In this document: in pieces, positions 36,359 through 48,059 of the stretch
How the letters are laid out: each line of letters opens with the position of its first letter
How positions within the stretch are numbered: the first letter of the stretch is position 1
Sequence record: SRR31156797_2854
Direction: 5' to 3' (one strand)
DNA: 64,000 bases
The notes under the pieces: generated by a model
What the model was told of the DNA's origin: nothing
The model's input: only the letters and a program-made list of their open reading frames with translations
Database searches by the model: none
Translations under genes and position numbers: made by a program

Positions 36359-37126
36359 TTATAAATTCATCCCACCTGAAACTTCGATACGCTGAGCATT
36401 GATCCAGCGGGCTTCATCTGTACAAAGAAAAGCTACCACACCGCCGATATCCTCAGGAAGGCCAACCCGGCCCAACGCTGTAATACCGGAAACATACTTG
36501 TTAATTTCCTGGTTATCCCGCACCACACCTCCGCCAAAGTCGGTTTCTATGGCACCAGGTGCCACCACATTGGCTGCAATACTTCGCGATCCCAATTCTT
36601 TTGCCAGGTAACGGGTAAACACCTCTATGGCGCCCTTCATGGATGCGTACACCGAATTTCCGGGCAGGCAAAAGCGAGCAAGCCCCGAGGAGATATTGAT
36701 AATCCGTCCGCCATCATTGAGTAGAAGCAGGGCTTTTTGTGTCATAAAAAACACACCTTTAAAATGGATATTTACGGCGTCATCAAACTGTTCTTCCGTA
36801 GTATCGGCAATACCTGAGCTTAAGGAAGTGCCGGCATTATTTACCAGAAAATCAAACCTCGCATGGCCGTATTGCTCTTTTAAATAAGCGGAAACACGGT
36901 CATAAAAAGCGTCAATTGATTTCACGTTTCGGGTATCGAGCTGAAAGGCCCTGGCTTTTTGTCCCATCGATTCAATTTCAGAAACCACCTCTCCGGCCTT
37001 ATCTTTATTGTTGTTGTAGGTGAGAATAACGTTGATTCCTTTTTTTGCTATCGCTATGGCCATATCCCGGCCCAGCCCACGGCTTCCACCGGTTACGAGG
37101 GCAATTTTCGTTTTTGCTGATGTCAT
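36359..37126 (-). CDS. Short-chain dehydrogenase/reductase
   Basis: TGGSRGLG, NNAG and YASMK. Confidence 0.92.
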   Translation of the reverse strand: MTSAKTKIALVTGGSRGLGRDMAIAIAKKGINVILTYNNNKDKAGEVVSEIESMGQKARAFQLDTRNVKSIDAFYDRVSAYLKEQYGHARFDFLVNNAGTSLSSGIADTTEEQFDDAVNIHFKGVFFMTQKALLLLNDGGRIINISSGLARFCLPGNSVYASMKGAIEVFTRYLAKELGSRSIAANVVAPGAIETDFGGGVVRDNQEINKYVSGITALGRVGLPEDIGGVVAFLCTDEARWINAQRIEVSGGMNL

Positions 37127-37268
37127 GGTTGATTGTTTTTAATGCGTGATTGATTTACTGATAATGATCAATAAAACAACAAACACTACCAACTTGTTTT
37201 TCATCGAAACTCATTCCGTCATCTTACGGAAAATTCAGCCACCTTAATAATTTAATTCCAAATCTGGT

Positions 37269-38807
37269 CTATAGTGGCAACTCGTAATGAATTCCTGCAT
37301 CCGGGCCCAGCGGAATTCCCAACAGCAACCAAACTACGAGTAGTATTACCCACACTACAAAAAATACAATGGAGTAAGGAACCATGGTGGCGATGATGGT
37401 ACCGATACCGGCTTTTTCATCATATTTCTGCACAAAAGCAATGATGAGCGCAAAAAAGCTCATCATGGGCGAAATCACGTTGGTTACGCTGTCGCCGATG
37501 CGGTAAACCACCTGTGAAAGCTCAGGTGAATAACCCATGATCATAAACATCGGGATGAAAATCGGGGCCAGGATAGCCCACTTTGCCGATGCACTCCCCA
37601 TGAGCATATTGATGGATGCTGACAATATGATGAAAAGGATCATCAAAGGAATCAGCCCGATATCTGCGGACATCAGCAGGTTGGCGCCGTTCACGGCCAG
37701 GATGATCCCCAGGTTGCTCCATTTGAAGTAAGCCACAAACTGAGCGGCAAAAAATACCAGCACGATGTAGGTAGCCAGCGATTTCATAGAGGCTGCCATG
37801 CCTTTCATTACGTCAGCATCATTTTTAAAGGCTCCTGTTGTAAAACCATAAGCCAGGCCTGTTGCTCCGGCTGTAATGAACAGCATAGCTACAACGCCCC
37901 GAATCAGGGGGGAGCTAAGCAAACCACCGTCGGTGCCGCGGAAATAGCCGTCTTCGGGAATAATCCCGATCAGCGTTAAAGCGATAATTCCAAGCAATGT
38001 GAACAATGCCATCCTCAACCCTCTTTTTTCTTTCTTCGAAAGCCTGTCAAAGGATTCGTCATGTTCCTCCACAGTTCCTGAGTATTTACCGAGGCGTGGT
38101 TCCACAACTTTTTCGGTGACAAGTGTGCCGGCAAAAGCGATGATAAAAGTGGAAGCTACCATGAAATAGTAGTTGGCCGTTGGGTTGACCATATATTCCG
38201 GATCGAGGATTTTGGCTGCCTCCTGCGAAAGTCCGGCCAACAGCGGGTCAACGGTTCCCAGCACCAGGTTGGCACTAAAGCCCCCTGAAACCCCGGCAAA
38301 GGCCGCAGCCATTCCGGCAATGGGATGCCTCCCGACAGCTAGAAAAATCACACCGGCCAAAGGAATCAGCAACACGTAGCCAACATCAGAAGCAACGTTG
38401 GAGAGAATTCCTGCGAACACGACCACAAAAGTCAGGATATGCTGCGGTGAATTTAAAACCAGCATCCGGATGATGGCGTTTATCAATCCGCTCTGCTCGG
38501 CAATCCCAATACCCAGCATGGCAACCAGCACAATGCCCAGCGGGGCGAACCCGGTAAAATTGTCCACCATTTCAAGCAGAATGCGGTGAATGCCGTCATG
38601 CGAAAGCAGGTTAACAGGTTTGACAACCTCCTTTGTTCCGGGGTGAACTACTTCCCAATCGAGGTAATATCCAACGGCCGAAAGCACAAGCGCTGCCAGG
38701 GCAAAGAGCGCAAATAGCGTTGCAGGATGAGGTAGGGCGTTCCCGGCTTTTTCCGTCCAGTTCAACATTCTTTGTAAAATTCCGGGTGCAGATTTCGATT
38801 TCGTCAT
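37269..38807 (-). CDS. abgT: AbgT-family transporter
   Basis: [39 protein letters not shown] and YRIGDSVTN. Confidence 0.9.
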   Translation of the reverse strand: MTKSKSAPGILQRMLNWTEKAGNALPHPATLFALFALAALVLSAVGYYLDWEVVHPGTKEVVKPVNLLSHDGIHRILLEMVDNFTGFAPLGIVLVAMLGIGIAEQSGLINAIIRMLVLNSPQHILTFVVVFAGILSNVASDVGYVLLIPLAGVIFLAVGRHPIAGMAAAFAGVSGGFSANLVLGTVDPLLAGLSQEAAKILDPEYMVNPTANYYFMVASTFIIAFAGTLVTEKVVEPRLGKYSGTVEEHDESFDRLSKKEKRGLRMALFTLLGIIALTLIGIIPEDGYFRGTDGGLLSSPLIRGVVAMLFITAGATGLAYGFTTGAFKNDADVMKGMAASMKSLATYIVLVFFAAQFVAYFKWSNLGIILAVNGANLLMSADIGLIPLMILFIILSASINMLMGSASAKWAILAPIFIPMFMIMGYSPELSQVVYRIGDSVTNVISPMMSFFALIIAFVQKYDEKAGIGTIIATMVPYSIVFFVVWVILLVVWLLLGIPLGPDAGIHYELPL

Positions 38808-39072
38808 ATGCAATTATTAACATGTTAAAATTGCGCCCGAAAATAATATTTCCTACTGAACCCACCTATGAAAAACTGCCTATGCTAACCCAATAAATCC
38901 ATTTCATTCAATATTCATTTCTCATCTAATTGATCGAAGGGAACGAACAGGCATTCGTTAAATTCGTGTAATACGATGATCGGTTATTCTGATCTCGGTT
39001 ATATAAATGTTGTATGCTATTACAGGACACCAGCCGAAGCAATAATAGGGCAGGCTTATTTGAATGACATCT

Positions 39073-39468
39073 TTATTCCGCTTCAACTTTCCAGGAAATG
39101 GTCACCTTTCGTTTGCCCCATTCTCTTGCAGCCTCCTCATCCAGCCCCATGTAAATATCGATTTTTTTCGCCCATCGCTTGTTCATTTTATCCAGCACAA
39201 GCCAGGTACCGGGGAGGCCTTCGATCTTAACTTTGGTGGTGTGGGTAAGTCCAAGTGGAATCAGATCGCGTGAAACGGCGATTGCCTTCATGCCCGGAGT
39301 GAGTACATCTCCCCATGCCGTAAGGTTCGGGTGGTCGCGGTGGGTTTGCGATCCGGTTGAGTTGTAAGCTGTGGCAGTCACCTCCATGGTACGGGTTTCC
39401 ATATTATTACAGGCTCCGGTAGTAAGGAGGATAAATAGCCACACAATGATTATTTTGTTATGTTGCAT
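39073..39468 (-). CDS. 3D-domain lipoprotein
   Basis: VTATAYNS, IAVSRDL, VLDKMNKRW and IDIYM. Confidence 0.85.
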   Translation of the reverse strand: MQHNKIIIVWLFILLTTGACNNMETRTMEVTATAYNSTGSQTHRDHPNLTAWGDVLTPGMKAIAVSRDLIPLGLTHTTKVKIEGLPGTWLVLDKMNKRWAKKIDIYMGLDEEAAREWGKRKVTISWKVEAE

Positions 39469-39541
39469 AATGCTTCCTTGAATGCTGACGATTAAAAATG
39501 AGTTTGCAGGTAGCAAATCGGGAATTTGAAAAGACATGGTT

Positions 39542-40474
39542 TTAAAGTGAGGCCTGAGAACCCATGTGTTCCAGGTTGTGCCGCATCATCGATCGCAGGG
39601 TGTTGACATATTCCATACCAATTCCGGAATATTTCTGCAAACCGATGGCCATATCGTAACCTGAAGGCTCCTGACCGGCTTCGCGGGCATGATATCGTTC
39701 TACGCGCAACTGCCTGAAGGCCGGGTGTGAATTCAGGTAGAGGATGTATGACTGTACCGAATGCGCCAGGTCCTCAAAAACGGCTACTTCATGTGTGTCG
39801 CCGGCCATGCGCTTGCGTGGCACCACACCGCAGCCGGGTGTAAAGCACCACTGCCCGAAAAGATTGTTCCCCTTGCGCGCAAAGTAGGAACTGCCCCAGG
39901 CCGACTCGTTGGCTGCCTGCACCAGGGCAAGTTCTTCCGGGATGATATCTACGTGAAGCAACAAAGCCCTAAAAAACGCTTCGGAACCTGTATCCTGGTT
40001 TTCCACCCGGTAACGTATGGCCGTTTCTTCAAGGATTTCCATTTCTTCTTCGGAGAGTGTATCACCCTGGTTAACTTTTTGCATCATAGCAAGAATCCGG
40101 GCGCGTTCCTCAAGTACTTTCTGGTTCTCCTGTTCAACGATCGGTTGGATAAATTCAAAGAAATCCTGCTTCTTTTGGTCCACATTGCTGTAAGATGCGA
40201 AATCAGGTAGTTCCGAGTCGATGTTTTCGGGAACCTTCAGTCCTTTGGTTTTTAGCTTCTTCGGTGACGGATTGTCGGCACGACGCGGTTCGATATTGTT
40301 TTTCTCCCGGGCATCATCAGGAAGGTCAGGGATATCCACCTTACCCACCAGTTCAGTAGGGTCGGCTTGCTCATCTCCGGAAGATTGAAATTTGCACCCT
40401 GACGTGTAAAAGATCAGGATGGAAAAAATAAGCATTGTTGATATTATTGGCTTTCTGAATGGTAACATAATCAA
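39542..40474 (-). CDS. Glucosaminidase-domain (Bax-like, GH73) lipoprotein
   Basis: QAANESAWGSSYFARKGNNLFGQWC, YLNSHPAF and YS. Confidence 0.85.
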   Translation of the reverse strand: MIMLPFRKPIISTMLIFSILIFYTSGCKFQSSGDEQADPTELVGKVDIPDLPDDAREKNNIEPRRADNPSPKKLKTKGLKVPENIDSELPDFASYSNVDQKKQDFFEFIQPIVEQENQKVLEERARILAMMQKVNQGDTLSEEEMEILEETAIRYRVENQDTGSEAFFRALLLHVDIIPEELALVQAANESAWGSSYFARKGNNLFGQWCFTPGCGVVPRKRMAGDTHEVAVFEDLAHSVQSYILYLNSHPAFRQLRVERYHAREAGQEPSGYDMAIGLQKYSGIGMEYVNTLRSMMRHNLEHMGSQASL

Positions 40475-40768
40475 GTTGTTTTAAGGCGGCCAATATACAA
40501 TAAAATAATCAAACGGATTTCATTCAGAAATATAGCCCTGATTAACTGACTGTTATTAATCGTAATAAGCAATATATTGTTAATAGTATATGCTGGTATT
40601 GTATTTCGATAGAGCTGTAATAAATGGAATTTTGGTAAAACCAAAAAGGAGGTTTGCGTGCCAAGGGTTTCCGGAATCGCTTGTTAAAGTTTAACTTCGG
40701 AAATATTTCGGTAAAAAATGGCATCTGCTTCAAAAACATTTGTCGCAACCAGCCTACCATAAAACGTT

Positions 40769-40776
40769 TACCTTTG
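40769..40776 (+). promoter_or_regulatory. -7 promoter element TACCTTTG
   Basis: Ends 17 nt before the ATG at 40794. Confidence 0.55.
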
Positions 40777-40793
40777 CCGCCATTTTATCACCT

Positions 40794-42035
40794 ATGAATT
40801 ATCAATATCATCAACTGGATAACGGAATTCGGATCATTCACAAAAACGTGAACAGTCCGGTGGCACACTGCGGAGTGGTGATTGATGCAGGTTCGCGTGA
40901 TGAAATGGATCACGAAAAAGGCATCGCTCATTTTATTGAACACCTGATTTTTAAAGGCACCAAAAAACGCAAAGCATATCATATACTGAGCCGTATGGAA
41001 AACGCTGGCGGCGACCTAAATGCCTACACCAGCAAAGAAGAAACATTTATTTATGCCTCCTTCCTTCAACATCACTATGGCAGAGCCATGGAACTTTTTG
41101 CAGACCTCCTTTTCAACTCAACTTTTCCCGGAAAAGAAATTGCCAAAGAAAAAGATGTGGTGCTGGATGAGATCAACTCCTACAAAGACTCACCTTCGGA
41201 GTTGATTTTTGATGATTTTGAAGAACTCCTGTTTAAAGGCCACCCAATAGCTGGGAATATCCTTGGAACTCCGGAGTCGGTAAAACAATTCACCAGGGAA
41301 AACGCCCTTGATTTTATAAATCGCAATTACCTGGCCGGCAGAATGATCATATCCTCGGTCGGAAATATTTCTTTTCAGAAGCTGATCAACCTGGCTGAGC
41401 GCTATTTTGGTGAATTTCAGACAGCGACAGCAAAAAACGGGCGTAAAGCTTTTAGCCATCCAGAGCCTGAAATTGTTACCAGCTATGACTCGAATTACCA
41501 GGTGCATTGTGTGCTAGGTACTACAGCCTATGATGTTAGGGATGATCGAAAAATGGCCCTTGCACTGCTGAATAATATTTTGGGTGGCCCCGGCATGAAT
41601 TCAAGGCTAAACCTGGGTATCCGCGAAAAATACGGATATTGTTATGCCATCGAATCGCATTACCTGCCATATTCTGACACCGGGAATTTCCATATCTATC
41701 TCGGAACCGATAATGGCTACCTGGAGAAGTCGCTGAAACTCATCAATAAAGAATTCAAGTTATTTCGCGATAAAAAAATGGGAACTTTACAGTTGCACAG
41801 GGCAAAACAGCAGATCATAGGGCAACTGGCAATTTCACTGGAATCCAATGTGAATGAAATGATCTCGATCGGGAAAAGTCACCTGTTTTTTGAGGAAGTG
41901 GACACCTTTAAGCAAATTGCTGCCAGGATAGAAAGACTATCTGCAGAAGATATCCTGGAGGTAGCCAATGAAATTCTGGTTCCGGAACGGTTTAGCAGGC
42001 TCACCTTTCTACCGAGAAAAAATGATTCACAATAG
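40794..42035 (+). CDS. M16-family zinc metallopeptidase
   Basis: HFIEH inverted zinc motif, LNAYTSKE, LGG.GMNSRL and IREKYG. Confidence 0.92.
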   Translation: MNYQYHQLDNGIRIIHKNVNSPVAHCGVVIDAGSRDEMDHEKGIAHFIEHLIFKGTKKRKAYHILSRMENAGGDLNAYTSKEETFIYASFLQHHYGRAMELFADLLFNSTFPGKEIAKEKDVVLDEINSYKDSPSELIFDDFEELLFKGHPIAGNILGTPESVKQFTRENALDFINRNYLAGRMIISSVGNISFQKLINLAERYFGEFQTATAKNGRKAFSHPEPEIVTSYDSNYQVHCVLGTTAYDVRDDRKMALALLNNILGGPGMNSRLNLGIREKYGYCYAIESHYLPYSDTGNFHIYLGTDNGYLEKSLKLINKEFKLFRDKKMGTLQLHRAKQQIIGQLAISLESNVNEMISIGKSHLFFEEVDTFKQIAARIERLSAEDILEVANEILVPERFSRLTFLPRKNDSQ

Positions 42036-42105
42036 CATCAATCTGACTTGATTATGATTTCGGAATTCACCCGGATATAATTAAAGGCAATGCCATTCAT
42101 TAAAA

Positions 42106-42648
42106 TTACTCGGGCAGAGATTTACTTCGTCCAAGCACAAATGCAGTGCATTCTGTAACCACACCCACCATAATTACTATAATCCCCAAATGGTTGAGTT
42201 TTTCGGGTGTGTAGTCATGCATGAGCGCCAGGGCGAAATGAGCAAGCACAGCCGTACACACAGCATTAATAATAAACATCATCCCCAAAACATTGCGCTC
42301 AACAAACAATATTACAGACTCAACAAAATCGGAAAGCATCGAATATATCACCCATAAGGATATTACCCATATAGCTTCAATCTCGACTCCGCCATACTTA
42401 AAGGCGAGCCAAACGCCAAAGGCCAAATGGAACAATCCTTTAATAACGAGCCAGGGTTTATACTTCATTCCCTTAACTAAAAATCCGATAACAAGATATA
42501 AAATTGCTATAAGTAAAATAAGGATGTCGAAAAATATCAACAGCGTTCCAAAAATATTTGCCTGAAGAAAAGCAAATATACCCATCACAATAAAGAAAAC
42601 ACCCTTTACCTTAGGTATCCACGAATTTTCGTAAAATTTAAAGTCCAT
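42106..42648 (-). CDS. Integral membrane protein (HdeD/DUF308-like)
   Basis: About six hydrophobic helices; the family assignment is tentative. Confidence 0.6.
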   Translation of the reverse strand: MDFKFYENSWIPKVKGVFFIVMGIFAFLQANIFGTLLIFFDILILLIAILYLVIGFLVKGMKYKPWLVIKGLFHLAFGVWLAFKYGGVEIEAIWVISLWVIYSMLSDFVESVILFVERNVLGMMFIINAVCTAVLAHFALALMHDYTPEKLNHLGIIVIMVGVVTECTAFVLGRSKSLPE

Positions 42649-42861
42649 AACATGTTTGTTTTATTGGTCTTCTAAAGTAAAAATCTGCATCAACCAGAAT
42701 TATGATTTCAAATATAAAGATAAAATCAAGGCGAATGAAAAAAATATTAACTTCCAAAAAAATATCTTTGCAGCTTTTGATCATGAAAATCATTTTAAAC
42801 GATCAGCAATAGTTGATAAAAGAGATATTTTAAGCCCAGTTACAAAAAACATCAAATAATA

Positions 42862-43515
42862 ATGTTGCATACTGAATTTAAAGCCACACACCCGGATTTT
42901 GAAAAATATGCCGGAGATCACACCACCACCGAGTTGGACCTGATGTACAGGCTCTATCGCGAAACAAATCTAAAAACCATGTACCCCAGGATGCTCTCGG
43001 GACATTTGCAGGGGCAGTTTCTGAAAATGATCAGCCATATGCTTCGACCAAAAACCATCCTGGAAATTGGCACTTTTACGGGATATGCTACCATAAACCT
43101 GGCGATGGGCCTTGCTAAAGATGGAATACTTCACACCATCGACAGCAGTCCGGAATCGGTTGAAATAGGCAGGAAATATTTTGTTGAAGCAGGGGTTGAT
43201 TCAAAAATCAGGGTGCATATTGGAAATGCGATGGAATTTGTACCACAACTGGATGAAGATTTCGATCTTGTTTTTATTGATGCTGATAAAGAAAATTACC
43301 TGAATTATTATAAAATGTTAATTGATAAGCTAGGGCCAGGTTCAGTGATTCTTGCTGATAATGCTTTTTGGGACGGTAAAGTGATGGACAACAACACTGA
43401 TGATAAAGAGGCTCTGGGAATTATGGCATTTAACGACTTTGTTCAACAGGACAGCCGTGTGGAAAATGTGCTGGTACCCATCCGCGATGGGCTGATGATG
43501 GTCCGCAAAATTTAG
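42862..43515 (+). CDS. SAM-dependent O-methyltransferase (caffeoyl-CoA OMT/TrmR-like family)
   Basis: LEIGTFTGY, FIDADKENY, ADN and PIRDGL; TATCTTTG promoter element at 42763-42770. Confidence 0.9.
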   Translation: MLHTEFKATHPDFEKYAGDHTTTELDLMYRLYRETNLKTMYPRMLSGHLQGQFLKMISHMLRPKTILEIGTFTGYATINLAMGLAKDGILHTIDSSPESVEIGRKYFVEAGVDSKIRVHIGNAMEFVPQLDEDFDLVFIDADKENYLNYYKMLIDKLGPGSVILADNAFWDGKVMDNNTDDKEALGIMAFNDFVQQDSRVENVLVPIRDGLMMVRKI

Positions 43516-43565
43516 TCTTTCCCCCGAGCATTTTTAATTGTTATTTTTGTAAAAACGCATTAGCT

Positions 43566-44027
43566 ATGGATAGAATCGCCATATTCCCCGGATCTTTCGA
43601 TCCCATCACGCGAGGACACGAAGATATTATCAACAGGGCAGTTCCGCTTTTTGATAAGATCATCGTTTCGATTGGGAAAAACCGGGAAAAGAAAAGTTAT
43701 TTCAGTATTGAAAAAAGGCAGGAGTTCCTGGAAACCGTTTTTAAAGGAAGCCCAAAAATAGAGATTGATACTTACGAAGGCCTCACGGTTGATTATTGCC
43801 GGAAAGTAGGTGCAAATTTTATACTACGTGGCTTGCGCACTTCAGCCGATTTTGAATTCGAAAGGTCAATCGGGCAGGTCAATAAAAAGCTTTTTCCGGA
43901 TATCGAAACGGTATTTCTCCTCACCCATCCCGAATACACTTCATTGAATTCATCGGTTGTTCGTGATATTCTTTCACACGGGGGAAATGCGGATATGTTT
44001 GTACCTGAGGGGTTGAAGATGAGATAG
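43566..44027 (+). CDS. coaD: Pantetheine-phosphate adenylyltransferase
   Basis: FPGSFDPITRGH, LRGLRTSADFEFE and SSVVR. Confidence 0.96.
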   Translation: MDRIAIFPGSFDPITRGHEDIINRAVPLFDKIIVSIGKNREKKSYFSIEKRQEFLETVFKGSPKIEIDTYEGLTVDYCRKVGANFILRGLRTSADFEFERSIGQVNKKLFPDIETVFLLTHPEYTSLNSSVVRDILSHGGNADMFVPEGLKMR

Positions 44028-44246
44028 AAGGTATTCGATATTGAGTTATTGGTTATTCATTACTTCGCTCCAAGTTCACAATTCTGACTAACAGGATTCA
44101 TAAAGCATTGAAAATAAATATTATGTAGCCCTACCTAGTTTGGCGCAGCATATACTACGCCCAGCCATCACACGTGCAGAATGGATAGTCAAAGAAATTA
44201 ATGCTACCGAAACTCCGATATGAATTTGTGCAACAACCAATAACAA

Positions 44247-44996
44247 TTAACGAATCACTTTTTTCCGCTCCGGGCGGCGGAGCTCAAAATTCTCGCCCAG
44301 ATAAACTTTTCGAACATGTTCATCCTGAGCCAAATCCTCAGCGGATCCGGCCTTCAGAATAGAGCCTTCGAAAAGGAGATAAGCGCGATCAGTGATCGAT
44401 AGGGTTTCGTGTACGTTGTGATCGGTGATGAGGATGCCAATATTTTTCTCTTTCAGTTTGGAAACAATGGTCTGGATATCTTCAACAGCAATAGGATCAA
44501 CACCGGCAAAAGGCTCATCAAGCAGGATAAACTTTGGATCAACAGCAAGGGCACGGGCAATTTCAGTCCTGCGCCGTTCACCTCCCGAAAGCGTAATACC
44601 GTTGCTTTTCCTTACATGGGTAAGCCCAAACTCCTCGAGCAACATCTCCAACCGGTCTTTTTGCTCTGCTTTAGTAAATTTTGTGAATTCCAGCACAGCC
44701 CTGATATTATCTTCCACGCTAAGCTTCCTGAATACGGATGCCTCCTGTGCAAGGTAACCAATGCCGCGCTTTGCCCGTTTGTACATCGGTTCATTGGTGA
44801 TGTCGGCTTTGTCCAGCAGCACATTGCCTTTGTAAGGTTTAATCAGGCCCACGATCATATAAAAAGTGGTGGTTTTCCCGGCACCGTTGGGTCCCAGCAA
44901 TCCCACAATCTCACCCTGAGAGACCTTCACAGACACATCATTCACAACCATCCGTTGTTTATATTTCTTGAATACGCTTTTCGTTTGTAAAATCAT
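44247..44996 (-). CDS. lptB: LPS export ABC transporter ATPase
   Basis: [38 protein letters not shown] and TDHNV. Confidence 0.96.
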   Translation of the reverse strand: MILQTKSVFKKYKQRMVVNDVSVKVSQGEIVGLLGPNGAGKTTTFYMIVGLIKPYKGNVLLDKADITNEPMYKRAKRGIGYLAQEASVFRKLSVEDNIRAVLEFTKFTKAEQKDRLEMLLEEFGLTHVRKSNGITLSGGERRRTEIARALAVDPKFILLDEPFAGVDPIAVEDIQTIVSKLKEKNIGILITDHNVHETLSITDRAYLLFEGSILKAGSAEDLAQDEHVRKVYLGENFELRRPERKKVIR

Positions 44997-45078
44997 ATCA
45001 GCATTTAATTATCAGAAAATTAGTCAAAAATACACCGGGTTTTGCAATTATCGTCTACCAGTTTCTGTTTTTCCAAAA

Positions 45079-47586
45079 TCAAAATGTGAATTGCAGGCTA
45101 AACCTGATACCAAATTTTGAAATGTTGGGGTGTTTTAAATAGGAAAGCCGCCAGATGGCGTCAACCCTGAGAATCTTAAAAATATTTTCGATACCGGCAC
45201 CGGCCTCAAAATAGGGTTTATCCAAGATATACATCCCTTTCGGTAAAACCGAATATTCCTGGTTTGCTTTATCCAGACCACCAATCAAGCCTTTTGCAAA
45301 AGCCACCTCACGCCACTTCAGTTTCCTGAAAAGCGGTATCCGGTTGAAAAAATATCCGTCAAAGTGATGGGTGTAATACATGCTAAGGTATTTATCGCTC
45401 ACAAACTCAAAATAGTTCATCATGTTGAAAGAATACTCATCAAAGAAGTAAGTTTCGTTTCCTTCATGAAGCTTTAAGAGTGGGTATGGCACAGTCCCCC
45501 ATATTCTGCCGGCTTCGATGATATACCTTGACCAGCCCAGGTTAAACGCATTAAACCAGTGACTGACGCCAATTTGCAACCGGTGGTATTCATTATCGCC
45601 CCCCAGTTGCTTTGGAACACCATAGCCGTAGCGAATATCCAGGATGGGATACTCCGCACCCAAACTAACCCGTTCAAACTCACCCATCAGAAAACGTTCC
45701 TTGTAAGCCAGCCTGGTATCCAGTCGTATCTCGGTAGAAGTGATGGCCGTTTCTTCCTGCACATAACTTCCGGTATCATCCTGCACATTGAGTTCAAAAA
45801 CATAATCGCCAACCGGATAGAGGTTTCGGTGAATCAGGTTGATAGTATTTGAAAATCCGTTGAACCACTCATGTTCATAATGCATTTTATACTCCTCCAC
45901 CATGGTGAGTTTGTCGGCAGGGTTTCGCCTGAAAAGGAACGCCAGGAAAAAATCCTCTCTGAATGCATTTTGGCTGGCCCCCAACTGTTCCAGGTCAAAT
46001 TTGAATTCGGCACCTACTGTCCGGCGTGGATTTTTGTTGAGCATATACAAAAAGCCGCCGCCGTATTTCCAGCGTTTGTCCAAAGTACCGTATGCCACAT
46101 GGCCATAGAGCATCAGTTTCTTGCTAAACTTATTGCTGGTTCGCCCACCCAAACGAACTCTTACACCTTCAACGGCGTTAAAACTCAGGGTAGAGCCATA
46201 AGGCCCCAATTCAAAATAGCCGGCTTCATAATATCCGGTTGTAACCATCTCAATGATATCGATGTAGGTGTTGAATCGTGGGATTTTCTTCAGCGTATCC
46301 ACCATATAATAGATGGTCTTTTCATCGCGGGTTAGATCTTCGTGGCGGTTATCTATCCAGAATTCATCCGAATATTCCGAGGCATCATCCTTAACTACAA
46401 CATTTACAGGGGATTTATAGAAATCGTCGGGCTTTGGCTCATTGATCACAAAATTGCGGTAGGTGGTCGTTTTCCTGCCAAAAAAACCTACAACTTCTGC
46501 CGAATCACTTTCAACAATATTGAGGTCGCCGATGATATAATCCTTGGTGAGCAGCCAATATTTTCCATCAATGATGTCGAACTCCTTTTTGATGACCAGA
46601 TCGTTGATGAAGTTGATGTTGGCATCATCCATGATCCGCATTTCAACCTGCTTAATGGCAAACGAAGTATCATGCACCCAAAAATGCCCGGTAAAAGTGA
46701 GGGTTTGCTTTTGGCGGGGCTTAAACATGATCTTGTAACACCATTTATTATCAAGGTAAGTACTGTCGATGAGATAATATTTATAAAAATTCAATCCAAA
46801 ATTGGCAATCGGGCTGATAAAATTCTTCTGGAATAAACCTATATAATTGTCGTAAATATTGGTATGCTGAAATTTATCACCCAGGAACTGCATTACACTT
46901 TCATTCTCAATACCTGAAATTTTATTGGCCTTTACAATTTCGATGGAACTCCTGGGATTACGTTTTTTGTAAACATCCGAAATCGATTCAGAGAGAAAAA
47001 TGGGCAGGTAGGTTTTTCCGTTCACCGTTGAGGTGTCCACATTATCAAATATAAAATCGAATTCCCTGAATATTCTTCGCTTCTTAAAATTATCGGTGAT
47101 GTTGTTGGCGTCGATCTGGATTTTGTTATAAACCTCATACTGGTAGGCATCGTACTTATCGGGATCGTTTTCTTTTTTGTTTTTAATGATTTTCCTCAGC
47201 AGGATTTCAGCCGGGTTTTCACCGGCTTTAATCACAACTGTTTCCAGCGTCAGGTTTGTAGGTTCCAAATTATAGTTGATATATTGGAACTTCCCTTTTA
47301 CTACATGCCTAACCTGTTTCTTATAACCCATAAATGAGGCAATAAGGCTATCTGCAGGATTTTTTGTTTCGATTGAGTAGGAGCCGTCAAACCCGGTAGT
47401 AACCCCGATATTGGTGCCTTTAAAAACAATATTAACGAAAGGCAGGGGCTCACCGGTTTGAGCATCAGTGATCGTTCCCATGATTTTGGTGAGTTGCGCC
47501 AAAGCAGACAGTTGGAACAGTAGAACTGTTAACAGAATAATGGCTTTTACCGGGATGATTTTATATATCATAATCCTACCTGACAA
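45079..47586 (-). CDS. DUF5686 outer-membrane protein with a carboxypeptidase-regulatory-like N-terminal domain
   Basis: GTITDAQTGEPLPFVNI, NPAEILLRKII, FISPI, FNAVEG and terminal LQFTF. Confidence 0.85.
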   Translation of the reverse strand: MSGRIMIYKIIPVKAIILLTVLLFQLSALAQLTKIMGTITDAQTGEPLPFVNIVFKGTNIGVTTGFDGSYSIETKNPADSLIASFMGYKKQVRHVVKGKFQYINYNLEPTNLTLETVVIKAGENPAEILLRKIIKNKKENDPDKYDAYQYEVYNKIQIDANNITDNFKKRRIFREFDFIFDNVDTSTVNGKTYLPIFLSESISDVYKKRNPRSSIEIVKANKISGIENESVMQFLGDKFQHTNIYDNYIGLFQKNFISPIANFGLNFYKYYLIDSTYLDNKWCYKIMFKPRQKQTLTFTGHFWVHDTSFAIKQVEMRIMDDANINFINDLVIKKEFDIIDGKYWLLTKDYIIGDLNIVESDSAEVVGFFGRKTTTYRNFVINEPKPDDFYKSPVNVVVKDDASEYSDEFWIDNRHEDLTRDEKTIYYMVDTLKKIPRFNTYIDIIEMVTTGYYEAGYFELGPYGSTLSFNAVEGVRVRLGGRTSNKFSKKLMLYGHVAYGTLDKRWKYGGGFLYMLNKNPRRTVGAEFKFDLEQLGASQNAFREDFFLAFLFRRNPADKLTMVEEYKMHYEHEWFNGFSNTINLIHRNLYPVGDYVFELNVQDDTGSYVQEETAITSTEIRLDTRLAYKERFLMGEFERVSLGAEYPILDIRYGYGVPKQLGGDNEYHRLQIGVSHWFNAFNLGWSRYIIEAGRIWGTVPYPLLKLHEGNETYFFDEYSFNMMNYFEFVSDKYLSMYYTHHFDGYFFNRIPLFRKLKWREVAFAKGLIGGLDKANQEYSVLPKGMYILDKPYFEAGAGIENIFKILRVDAIWRLSYLKHPNISKFGIRFSLQFTF

Positions 47587-47703
47587 CTTTTATAAACAGG
47601 TGCCCCTGTCATTTATTGTCAAATAAAGACAAGTTTTACGGAGAAAGGTTTAAAATGAGTGTGGAAAAGATTTCAACAGGCGATTGAGGGTTTGTTCTTG
47701 CAA

Positions 47704-48048
47704 TTATTCGGTTTTCAGGTCTTCCCAAAACTCCAGTGCTCGCCTTGTATGTGGTATTACGATGGTGCCACCTACCAGGTTTGCTATCGAAAAAATCTCG
47801 AAAAGTTCTTCGTCTGTAAGGCCATTTTTATAACTGGTTTCGAGATGATAACGGATACAATCATCGCAACGAAGTACCATGGAAGCCACCAACCCAAGCA
47901 TTTCTTTGGTCTTCACATCCAGGGCCCCATCCATATAGGCATTGGTGTCGAGGTTGAACATCCTTTTGATCACCTTATTGTTGCCCGCCAGTAGCTTTTC
48001 GTTCATTTTTTCACGGTAGGCCTTAAAATCTTCAGCGAGTTGTCCCAT
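47704..48048 (-). CDS. Carboxymuconolactone decarboxylase/AhpD-family protein
   Basis: GALDVKTKEM and LRCDDCIRYH. Confidence 0.9.
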   Translation of the reverse strand: MGQLAEDFKAYREKMNEKLLAGNNKVIKRMFNLDTNAYMDGALDVKTKEMLGLVASMVLRCDDCIRYHLETSYKNGLTDEELFEIFSIANLVGGTIVIPHTRRALEFWEDLKTE

Positions 48049-48059
48049 TGAAATTTGCT

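Noticed and set aside
42656-42859. 67-aa ORF upstream of the O-methyltransferase
   Set aside because: It spans a divergent AT-rich promoter region containing a TATCTTTG element and is likely spurious.
44030-44246. MITE-like element between coaD and lptB (TTATTGGTT/AACCAATAA ends)
   Set aside because: The 9-bp inverted match is AT-rich, there is no target-site duplication or second copy in the window, and it cannot be supported.
44409-44990. 193-aa antisense ORF
   Set aside because: It is a shadow of the highly conserved lptB.
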